Source: Octopus sinensis
Lineage: Eukaryota
DNA: 64,000 bases
Reading direction: 5' to 3'
NCBI RefSeq assembly: GCF_006345805.1
Contig: NC_043008.1
Location: forward strand, 42,346,001 to 42,410,000
Shown piece after piece: positions 53,140 through 64,000 of the stretch. The notes below the pieces were generated by a model. It made no database searches. It saw nothing but the letters and a program-made list of their open reading frames with translations, and was not told where the DNA came from. The translations under genes and the position numbers were made by a program. Numbering within the stretch: the stretch's first letter is position 1; every line of letters starts with the position of its first letter.

Positions 53140-53522
53140 ACTGAACCTCTCCGCAAAAAAATCCCAAATTTTATTACTTTGCTTTGCAGGAAGGACTCTT
53201 TCAAAGAAGTCGCGTCTTGTCTGTTACTTTCGAAACGCGGAGTAAACGGAACAGGGGCAACTGAAGAAGGGGAATATCCCTTGTGTTGTATGTCTTGTAC
53301 TCTGTTTTTTCGTTGTTTGAAAAATGGCCGTTTCCATGTTTTTGTTTTTATATTTTCGTTTCTCATTGTGTTCAAAGTTTTTTTGGTGTCCTGTACCCAA
53401 ATATGCATGTATACATACATATAGATGTAAGTATGTACAAATATGTACGTATATATGCATATGTTTATATATTATTTTGTGATTATATGATCGAACGCCA
53501 AGCATCTACTTTCAAGTAAGTT
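53140..53522 (+). mobile_element. Penelope-pLTR/retrozyme-like repeat, copy D with terminal redundancy
   Basis: Homologous to copy C; motif CGCG-TC-TTGTCT...TTTC-GAAA-CGCG...GGGGCAA-CTGAAGA at 53211-53272; unit start repeated at 53487-53522. Confidence 0.6.
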
Positions 53523-53530
53523 ATATCTAA

Positions 53531-53602
<72 letters not shown>

Positions 53603-54089
53603 ATATATACAAACACTTGCATGCATTATATGATGATATTTGATGCATGTGTATATATAGTTTCGTGTATATTTTTTGTAGTGGTTTATGGTCCTAAGCT
53701 CAACAGACAACGATTACTGATTCCACCTGACTTTCAAAAGCGTTGCGATACCGAAGGCAAGTTTCTCGTGATTCGCCAACTTACCAAACAAACATCATTA
53801 CAAGCGATCGTTACGTACACTACGCACATGCAAAATCCATCCGCAAACACATACACACACACGCATATTCAGAGTGATGCACATACAAATACACACATAC
53901 ACACACACCCACACACTAGCACACAAATACAAACACACAATCAGTAGGAAAGACAAGTGAACAGGTGATTTTATTTCATTTCGCTTGAAGGAATTTACTC
54001 TCGGATCAGGATAGATTTTACGTTTTTCTGTTCATTTATTTATATATAATCTTCTTACACTTCTCCAATGGTGCGACATTCAAAATCAG

Positions 54090-54720
54090 CATATATATAT
54101 ATATAATATATATAGGTACATATATATATATATATGTATAATAACTATATATAATATATATATATATATTATATATATATATATATATATGTTATATATA
54201 TATATACATAATTATATTATTTATTTATTATATATATATATATATATTTATCTATATATATTTATATAAGTTTATGAGCGTGTATGCGTGTATAAATAAG
54301 TGTACATATATACATATGTATGTGATGTGTGTGTGAATGTGGGTATATATATATATATATAATATATATATATAATATATATATATATATATTCAGACAC
54401 ACAGACTATGCATGCATATGAACCATGTAAGGCAAGGCTATTCTGCAAGTGTGTAGCGATATTTATTAATTATGCATATATTAATAACTGCCACAAAGAT
54501 GAATGTATGTATAAACTGCAGCGTATTCCAGATATTCATAATAGAAACACGTATACAATTAATGCCTAGCTAATTTGATTACGTATCAATTGATATCTCC
54601 GGTGGGAAAGAGAGAGATGGGGGAAAGAGAGAGAGAGGGAGGAGATAGAGAAAGAAGACAGGGAGAGAAAGAGAGAGATATTTACATAGATACTTAGATA
54701 GATATATAGATAGATCTTAT

Positions 54721-54818
<98 letters not shown>

Positions 54819-54980
54819 TAGATAAATATATATAGAGAGAGTGAGATAGAGTGAGAGGTAGAGTGTTACTGAAATTGACTCTTAAGTTATGATAATGAAT
54901 ATTAAATTATATAATCCCACTTAATAACAAGAGGACTACTACTACAACAACAACAACTACTACTACTAATAGTAATAATA

Positions 54981-55059
<79 letters not shown>

Positions 55060-55082
55060 TGATGATGATGTTGAGGATGATT

Positions 55083-55117
<35 letters not shown>

Positions 55118-55175
55118 AATAATTAAGTACCAGTGTTTCACTGGTACTACTATTACTACTACTACTAATAAAATT
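54090..55175. repeat. Microsatellite cluster: (TA)n, (GA)n, (GATA)n, (AAT)n, (GAT)n, (ACT)n
   Basis: Directly visible. Confidence 0.9.
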
Positions 55176-55444
55176 AAGTACCAGATGGATCGATGCAGCT
55201 ATATGTAAATGTATGTAGGCATGCATGAAAGTATCCAATGCAAATGAACACCATTATTTATGGAGGTAATTAAATAGGGTGTTACTGGGGCTATTCCCTA
55301 AACATTTTCTTGTTAAATTGCCTGCAACTCGAATAGCCTTTACTTTTTCCATTTTGTTAATTTCTAACATTTTGCATTCTTCCCATTTCTCATTCTAAAA
55401 CCCTGCAATTTTCTCGCATAGCATCTTTCTCTTCGGAATATTTA

Positions 55445-55492
<48 letters not shown>

Positions 55493-55619
55493 CACATATA
55501 TATATATACACATATATATATATATAATATTCATTATATATACATATATATATATACCATATTATATATATATTATATAATATATATAATATATATATAT
55601 ACATATATTATATATATAT

Positions 55620-55694
<75 letters not shown>

Positions 55695-56016
55695 TTATAC
55701 ATTAGATATGTATGCATGTATGTATGTAACCACACATTCAGGCGCACTTTATTGGAACTCAAATTACGTGAGGTGTTAATGAAGATATTTCGAGACGAAT
55801 AACGTCACCTGAAACAGATTCTGTGAGAATGTGAGATGTTGCGAGTCTCTGTGGATATTTGTATTCTTGAATCGGGAATTTTTTTCAGTGAATTAAAACG
55901 GATTAATAAGCTATATAAAGTTAAAAATAGAAAAATATATCAGCTTAATACATACATAAGGCATTGTGACTTAATTTAGGACTCGGAACCAGAAGGAAGC
56001 ATGTCGTATATGTATA

Positions 56017-56072
<56 letters not shown>

Positions 56073-56224
56073 ATATGTGTGTGTGTTTGTGTGTGTGTGG
56101 TGTGTGTGTGTGTTTGTGTGTGTCTGTGTGTAGATGAATGTGTGTGTATGAGTGTGTGTATGTGTGTGTGCATTGGTGTAGGCATGTGCATGTGTGTATG
56201 TGTGTTGTGCGCGCGTGTGTGTAT

Positions 56225-56398
56225 CTTTGTGTCTTTCATTTGTCCTCTAGTACCGCACGACTGGCATTGGTTTGTTTATGTCCCCGTACAATAGCAGTGT
56301 TGCACAATAAGCCGATAGAATAAATGAGGGGTTGAAGACATTCCTAAAGGTGGTGCCCCAGCATGACTGCAGTCTAATGACTAAGAAAACATTAAGAT
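56225..56398 (+). mobile_element. Second SINE family, 3' portion
   Basis: TTGGTTTGTTTATGTCCCCGTAC..TAGCAGT...CCGATAGAATAA...GGTGGTGCCCCAGCATGACTGCAGTCTAATGACT. Confidence 0.7.
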
Positions 56399-56479
56399 AT
56401 TTATATTATGCGCACGCACATAAATACAAAGACATATTTACTCATATATATAATAGTGCTAATAGTAATCATTTTTACC

Positions 56480-57056
56480 ATAGGCACAAGGCCTGAAATT
56501 TGAGGGGAGAGGCGTTAGTCGATTACATCGACACCAGTATTTCACTGGTACTTAATTTTTTTCAATCACGAAAGGATGAAAGGCAAAGTCGACCTGGCAG
56601 AATTTGAACTCAGAACGTAGCAGCAGACGAAATACCTATTTCTTTATTACCCACAAGGGGCTAAACACAGAGGGGACAAACAAGGACAGACATAGGTATT
56701 AAGTCGATTACATCGACCCCAATGCGTAACTGGCACTTAATTTATCGACTCCGAAAGGGTGAAAGGCAAAGTCGACCTCGGCGGAATTTGAACTCACAAC
56801 GTAACGCAGACGAAATACCGCTAAGCATTTCGCCCGGCGTGCTAACGACTCTGCCAGCTCACCGCCTTATTTTGCTAATAATAATAATCCTTTCTAAAGG
56901 CCTGAAATTTGGGGAATGGGAACTTGATTTATCGACCCCGAAAGGATGAAATTCGAAGTCGACGTCGGCGTAATTTGAACTCAGAACGTAGCGACGAGCG
57001 AAATAGCGCTACGCATTTCGTTCAGCGTGCTAACGATTGTGCCAGCCTGTCGCCTT
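56480..57056 (-). mobile_element. Nin/Deu-type SINE dimer (A+B) plus adjacent copy
   Basis: 56480-56867 dimer with junction 56636/56637; 56897-57056 further copy. Confidence 0.9.
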
Positions 57057-57560
57057 ATTTTGTTCAGAGTAATAATAAGAACAATAACAAAATATACTAA
57101 ATATGAATAAAAGAATTCAATGTATGTATGGTTATACATATACACGCGTGTATTGTGTATGTATATACATCTACTCGCATGTATTGTGCATGCATATACG
57201 TACACGATCAAGAGTGTATAACTGCATATTTAATCCAATCGTAAGTCAGTGGACAGATTGTCAAAACATACATGAGTTGGAGATTATCTTTCTGTAGAAA
57301 AAGAGAAACTCGTGCGAAGAAGGCGGTGAGATGGAGGTGAGGAGAATGAGTGCGGGGAAGCATTATTGTGACATGTAACTGTGACAGGGACACACGTGCA
57401 CACACAAGCGCACACACATACACGCACATACACGCATGCAAATACATATATGTGTATATGTCTTTATCGGATTTATCCATGTATCACAATATATTTTCAA
57501 TCTTCCTCTGCTAGTTGAAAGTTGAAAAATCTGGACACATGTTCAGTAAGTATATATATA

Positions 57561-57622
<62 letters not shown>

Positions 57623-57983
57623 CATATGTTGTGCATCTGTGTGTAGTCAAAATTTTTGTCAACCGATCTGGAATTCGTTGTTATTTATGTAAGCAGGTCT
57701 CCTCCTAACCTTGTCCTTTCCCGAGTAGAGTTTCCTGCGCAGAACTGTGACCATATATGCCTATGCATGCAACTTATGTTCTTTGTCTATCTCCTCAACT
57801 TCTTGGTGATTTTAGGCATAATTATTCCAATGTGTCATCTGTTCTAATTTAATTAAATTCTATGTCTTTGTGCAGTAGAAGGTTGCTCTGTATTTTAAAT
57901 TGATGTAATGGTTGCATTGTTCAATTAAATGGAGTTGCATGAAACGATCGTACTGCATTAACTCTGGATATCCTTGTTAGTTA

Positions 57984-58019
<36 letters not shown>

Positions 58020-59080
58020 ATCAGAGAAAGCACTATCCCCATACGTGTTTGTTAACAATAATTCTGATACCAACTGGGTTTAACCAAATATATTGATAGA
58101 AAGTTCCTCCATATTTATGTATAAACAGTGTCATAAAATTAAAAAGCCACTAAAAGAAAATGGAGAAGAAAACTTAAAGAAGACGATTGGTTCGTTTTAC
58201 TTGTATCACAATTGGAAAAGTAATGTAAATTAAAAAGCTTGAATGATATACTTATAAGAACAAGCGTAAAATAAAGTGCATCAACAAAACAACCCAAAAA
58301 TATTTTAGAAGAAATTCTACATATGTTTCAATACAATATATTTGAATCATCAATAAGTGTAACTTTTATAGATGTAATGAGCGAAATATTGTCAGATCTC
58401 TTCAGGAGAAATAAGTATATTCTCAGACTTGAGTTACGAAATGACTTATTTGAGGGACATGTTTAGGAATTTTCAAATGTAAACAAACTACTTCGTAGGA
58501 CGCAGAGTTTATGTGATTAGAAATGTATCATTTAAAATTTAGCTAATATTGAACGTTGAAATGATGCTAAAACATGAAATTTGTCTGAAAAATTATCTTT
58601 TATCATATTTAAATTTAAATTTACTTACACTTATAAATGTTTATGTGAGGGAGATGATAGAAAGACAAATGTAATTATCATGAGGGATGTAATATACAAA
58701 GAATTATATTGGGAAATGTAAACAAAAATTGGATGAATAACATTGGTGTCATTTAAGATTAAATTAGTTAGGATGTAATTTCCGGTGTTCTAAGAAAAAT
58801 ATTTTGTATTTGAAATATATGGTATATATAAAAAAACGATATTGTGCTCACGAACTGCTACAGAAAAAATTTAGAAAAATGGTGTTAAAGGAAGATGATA
58901 CAAATATAGCAAAACATGATATTTTCTAGAAGTCGTACAATGAAAAATATAACCTTGGGTCACGAAGGAATAAATTGGTTAGAATTTATTTTCTGTTTCC
59001 AAAGAAAAAAATATTTAATAGTTCTCTCTCTCTCTCACTCTCTCTCTCACTCTCTCTCTCACTCTCTCTCTCTCACTCTC

Positions 59081-59113
<33 letters not shown>

Positions 59114-59280
59114 TTATATATATATATATATATATATTGTACGTACGAAATGATAGAGAATTTAAAAACTGGTGTTACAGGATAAATTTCCAAGGTCAAA
59201 TTAGCTTATTATATATATACATATTTTAAGATGGTACAGTCAAATAACGGAAACAAGTAAAAGAGTAAGAGAATGTATAC

Positions 59281-59358
<78 letters not shown>

Positions 59359-59677
59359 CACAAGCTATTGGAAAGCTGCAACGTGGTATAACGCTATAGA
59401 AACCAATGCCTGCTTGGTCTGACAGAAAGTAAACCGGGAACCTCAAAAGCCAGTTTGGTTCGTTGGGTGTTCTTTGAAAAGCCTCCTGTATGGAAAACAT
59501 AACCCGTCACAGGATGGATAAACCCGAGAGAGTGAACGGCCATCCAATTACTCGTTTTGATATATTTCTGCTCTCATTTCAACATGACTAGATCGTCAAC
59601 TTAAAGCCATTGAAATCGGTAGATGCTTAGTTAAAAATGTAAATACTCTCTTACCCGTATATATATAGCTTCATATA

Positions 59678-59890
59678 TACTGGTGCTGCGACGTTCCTGG
59701 CTTTAAAGGTTTCGCGAAAGGCTTGACTGGAGGTCCAACCTTCCGAGTTTCTTTTACAGGGCTTAGAAAAACTCAAGGACAGCTGCAATAAGTATGTGAA
59801 TCTGAGAGGAGAATATTTGGAATAAAATCATAACTAACTGACCCTCCTTTGTTTTCTTTTCATCCAAAGCCGGGAACATTTCAGCACACC
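59678..59890 (+). mobile_element. Mariner-derived MITE, copy 2
   Basis: GGTGCTG..ACGTTCCTGGCTTT / AAAGCCGGGAACATTTCAGCAC TIRs; encodes QGLEKLKDSCNKYVNLRGEYLE*. Confidence 0.8.
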
Positions 59891-61559
59891 GGCACAACCA
59901 AACATCTGTGTTATTTTGACAAAGGTCAATGTTATATTTACAACATTATTTTAACTCCCATTCGTTAGAAATACTGTGAAGAATTTACTTGCTAAGCATT
60001 TTTTATCTAACGATTTGTTATATTTATTATCAGCAATATTTAATAATTGAATTATTCGTCTTGTTGCTGATGGAGTTGGTAGATTTTCAATGCAGTAATG
60101 ATTTGTGATACCTTTGCTTCGTTTCTCATAGTTTAATAGGTTTCATCTACAATATCTGAGAATATGGTAAAGTAACAATGGAATGGGGTTAATGAAAAAA
60201 GAGGAAATACGAAGCGAAAATATACCTAACATCTAATTGAGAAATGAGTAAAGGAAAGTAATGCCAACAAATGACATCTGAATCAGGCGAAAAAAGGGAG
60301 AGAGAGAGAGAGAGAAAGAGAGGGGGAGGAGAGAGATGGAAGTAACATTGGTTTAGGGTAAAACATGTGTGAAAAGGAAAATACAACCCAAAAAGCAATA
60401 GAAAGCTGTGGACGGGGAGAAAAGAAACGTGGACACGAAATACAAATAGTGAATGGTAGATGATGGTAACAAAGTAACGAAAATGAACGAAAAAGAACAA
60501 ACAGAAAAAAAGATACGGAACTGAATAGAAAAAGAAGAAAACCGAATGGTAGTATGAATTTGTCTAAGAAACAGTAACATAAACCGTTCTGCAAATAATA
60601 CTTGCGACAGGGTATATAAAAAGATTATCGCAAAATATTGCCGTTATTTGACGTAGTTTTATTATAAAGAGGAAGTCAGAGACAGAAGGAAATAGACTAC
60701 ACTGCTTCAAGATGATAGAAACCTGAAGATTGATTTAGTTTCAATAATATTTTTCTTTCATTTTATAGTATTTTGTTTCATTTTTATATTTTCTTCTCGT
60801 CATACAGATTCTGTAGATTCATCAAAAACTAAACAGTCCAACTTCTCGAAATATCTCTGGCTGCAATCTACGAATATCACAGAAATAACAACGAATATAC
60901 AATACAAAGCCATGCAATAAACTATATCGTAGACAAATTTATAGATTCTATTTTCTTCCCCATTGGCCGCATACATAAAAAAATACGCAAACGCACGCAG
61001 TTTTGTTTATATGTATTTTTATATATTCATACATACATCTGTGCGTGCGTGTGTTATGTTTGCGTAGCTTAATCCAGCGAGTTAATAAGGTCACAAATCC
61101 TTTATATTTATGTATGAAACATTCAGTTTTGGGTTCTAAATATATTTGTCAGTCTTTTGTCGTAGAATTAAGTTCTTTAGTGCCATCTCAGTGAAAATAC
61201 TTTAGACGAATTTCGATATTTCATGTGAAGTACGTATTTCTACTATAAACACACTAACGCATATGCACATATACATTATTGCATGTACATACATAATATT
61301 TATACATCAAACACTTTATTTATGAAAGAGGCAAAGCGAGAGAGAGAGAGAGGGAGAGAGAGAGGGAGGGAGAGAGAGAGAGAGATTATGGTGGAGTTTT
61401 GTCATTTATCGAATCTGACAAGATGAATGACTAAACTAACCACATCAGTATTTGATCTCAACTTCCAGAGAACCAGAACGATCTTCAGCCGCAAGTTAAT
61501 ATGTTCTGCTCTCTGATGGTTCTGCCAGTTCTATAGATGTATGATTCTTTTTTCTGTTT

Positions 61560-62212
61560 TTAATTATTAAAATTCTTCCTGTGAGGAAGCAACTGGTTTC
61601 TAACAAAGATTCAATGAATAATCGTTGGAATGAGGATAACAAAATGCTAAATATTAAACTTGAGAAATGTCTTGCAAACGTTTATTGTTCCAATTACAGA
61701 TTAATAGTATTTGTAATGGTTGATTTGTTTCCTTGAAAACCTAGCTTATCCAGATTGTCACTTACTCACAAAACCAAACACACCAATTATTATTAGTATA
61801 AAAGCGAATATATAATCTGTGTATCGAAGTTGAAGCTTTGGAAGCAGTTACCCAAAGAGATATACACATCAGCAGAACAGCTGACATGTACGACCCTTTT
61901 TCTGTCCCCGACAGCAATGTCCGCTCTGATACGTTTACACATGAGAGATGTTTTGATGAGAATATTCCACCTGTGGTCTTTCTATCGATGTTTCTGTAGA
62001 TATTCCCGATATTCATTTGGGAACAATCTTTTTTCGGAAATTCTCGATATTTATTTTAGGACTATCTGTCTTCTGGATGGCATTGTATATTATTTTTGTG
62101 ACATTATTTTGTCGCACAGGGTGGCAGTACCTTGATGACATTTTGGGGCAGCTACTGATTTACGTGCGCGATGTGCCCAGAGAAATACGACATGATCTAC
62201 ATTTTCAGCTGC
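61560..62212 (-). mobile_element. RLE-type (R4/Dong-like) retrotransposon 3' fragment, copy 2
   Basis: Minus peptides AENVDHVV..ISSCPKMSSRYCHPVRQNNVTKIIYNAI; WNILIKTSLMCKRIRADIAVGDR..VSCSADV; YTDYIFAFILIIIGVFGFV; GTINVCKTFLKFNI* (stop 61647), colinear with copy 1; shared 3' UTR motif GTT..AAACC.GTT. Confidence 0.75.
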
Positions 62213-62438
62213 ATCGTGGGGCTCAAAAGACTCACTGTGTGTTTGTATGTGTGTGGTTAAGGAGCCGCGATTCCAGTCTAGTGATTTCTGGTTTAATCAC
62301 GGTAGACGACCGAAGACGTGACTTCTACTACAGCCTAGGACTGAAAATGTGATTGAATTGGAGCAAAGAACTTTGTGTGAAAGTCCCTCACTTATACATG
62401 TACATCGATTTCTCTCTATCCCTGCCCCTCTCTCATTA

Positions 62439-62483
<45 letters not shown>

Positions 62484-62484
<1 letters not shown>

Positions 62485-62732
62485 GGTCCTCAGCTTGGCC
62501 GTAGTCAAATGACTGAAACAAGTAAAAGAATAAAAGAACAAAAGAATACATATATAAATTATATATAAGACGGGTTTCTTTCAGTTCCCTTCTGTCCAAT
62601 TCCATTCAGAAGGCTCTGGTAGGTCCCAGTTTATTCTACAAGACTCGCTTGCCAAAGGTGTGACGTAGTGAGACTGAAACTGGAAGCATTTGGCAAGGAA
62701 GTAAACATCCTACCGCAGCCATTTCTGCGCCT
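62484..62732. mobile_element. Second SINE family: + tail fragment joined to - head fragment
   Basis: 62484-62545 CAGCTTGGCCGTAGTCAAATGACTGAAACAAGTAAAAGAATAAAAGAA; 62569-62732 GACGGGTTTCTTTCAGTT...CAGCCATTTCTGCGCC. Confidence 0.7.
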
Positions 62733-62743
62733 ATGTATATTTT

Positions 62744-62970
62744 TGAGACTCCCTTCGGTCATGACTGAACATGGGATTGCACCTTGAAAGTTACCCTCCC
62801 AGGCACAAGTCCGGGCAAGGGCGATACAGCTTGGCCCCTTTGACGTAGCAACTCATTTCTACAGCTGAGTGAACTGGAGCAAACGGGAAATAAAGTGTCT
62901 TTCTCAAGAACACAACCCGCAGCCCGGTCCGGTATTCGAACTCACAATCTCACGATCGTCAGCTCGAACT
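62744..62970 (-). mobile_element. tRNA-derived CORE-type SINE
   Basis: B-box (minus GAGTTCGAATACC) and CORE-like AAGTGTCTTTCTCAAGAACACAAC. Confidence 0.7.
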
Positions 62971-64000
62971 CAGAACATGGCGACGGGCGGAATACATGCA
63001 ATAATATATATGTGCATATGCGTTAGTGTGTTTATAGTAGAAATACGCACTTCACATGAAATTATATATATATATATTCATATATATATATATATAGTCT
63101 ATTATTTCTCACAGCTTCTTCCCGAACGAAAACCAAAATATGAAAGCCAGATATCTATTTAGCAGCCGTCATATTTGTGAAGAGAATATGACTCACTCAC
63201 GTAAAAATAGATCGCAATTTTTTTCTTAAAATGAAAAAAACTATTCCACCTCCCCACCAAAAACAAAACAAAAAAGAAGCAGAAATCAAAATACAAAAGA
63301 AATCCAAGTTCTACAGAAGTAAAACCTAATGAAAATCAATAAAATATTTTCATGACATAACATCAAGAGAACTGTTTATTATACGAGTAACTATAGAAAT
63401 ATTGACACAATTTTTTTGACTTGTAAATGGTAAGAGTATTGTGGGAATAATAAAATTTATGACATTAACACGTGACTTTTTCACTGGCGGTAATATTGCA
63501 GTTACTTTAATATATATAGCATGTGTGTATATGTGTGTGCATGGTGTATGCGCGTGTGTCTGTGTGCATTTGCATAGCGTATATACACGCACATACACGT
63601 ATATATAACATTTTTATGTGTTACGGTAAGGGAATATTATATCGGCATTTGGAGGTCTGCAATGGCTTGGTTGACTACAGTCAAGAATATTTACACATAA
63701 GAATATGAATGCAGACATATATGCACGCAGATACATACACAGACACAAGCACGTCAGGGTTTCGCGTTGCGGATTGTGCAACGCAGGAGTCGTGTATTTA
63801 GGTGGTAGAGAAAAGAGGCAGGTATTCGTAAAACGTTTCAGTTTGCGTATGTAGAATTTGGTTGGTTTTATGAAAGCTACTTTGGAAAGAAGCACATATT
63901 CACACGTACCAAAAATCTAGTCCTAAGAGTCGAACGTTTCCGTAATGTAACACTTCCGTTGGGGATGTTTGATCAGCCGGTTCTAACAGAATACCTCAAG

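Noticed and set aside
55121-55184. AGTACCAGTG-TTT-CACTGGTACT hairpin with duplicated AATTAAGTACCAG
   Set aside because: Derived from the palindromic SINE central domain; no independent significance.
58060-58900. Purine-skewed AT-rich stretch resembling decayed coding DNA
   Set aside because: Many stops in the frames I read and no family motif.
60330-60600. A-rich stretch similar in composition to the ribozyme-like repeat
   Set aside because: No alignable motif boxes; similarity is compositional only.
61762-62016. Minus ORF ending at a GTAAGT donor-like site, resembling a membrane-protein exon
   Set aside because: Other frames show colinear RLE retrotransposon motifs; the donor match is coincidental.

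Overview
AT-rich eukaryotic (metazoan) intergenic or intronic DNA. It is saturated with microsatellites ((TA)n, (CA)n, (TATC)n, (AAT)n, (GAA)n) and decayed transposons. The SINE families resemble those I recall from octopus/cephalopod genomes; this is an inference, not a search result. I find no intact protein-coding gene, rRNA, tRNA gene or CRISPR array, and nearly all listed ORFs are translated simple repeats. Recognisable elements: many tRNA-derived SINEs (Nin/Deu-domain type and CORE type), a mariner pseudogene with TIRs, mariner- and Tigger-derived MITEs, a Tc1 fragment, and 3' fragments of CR1/L2-like, RTE-like and RLE (R4-like) LINEs. Top candidate for novelty: a four-copy, non-coding, terminally redundant repeat (Penelope pLTR/retrozyme-like). 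It carries all hammerhead-ribozyme core elements with stems I and III in exact register, but in a strand order that is not a circular permutation of types I-III. Also notable: SINE arrays joined repeatedly at one fixed internal site, and several fold-back inverted duplications.
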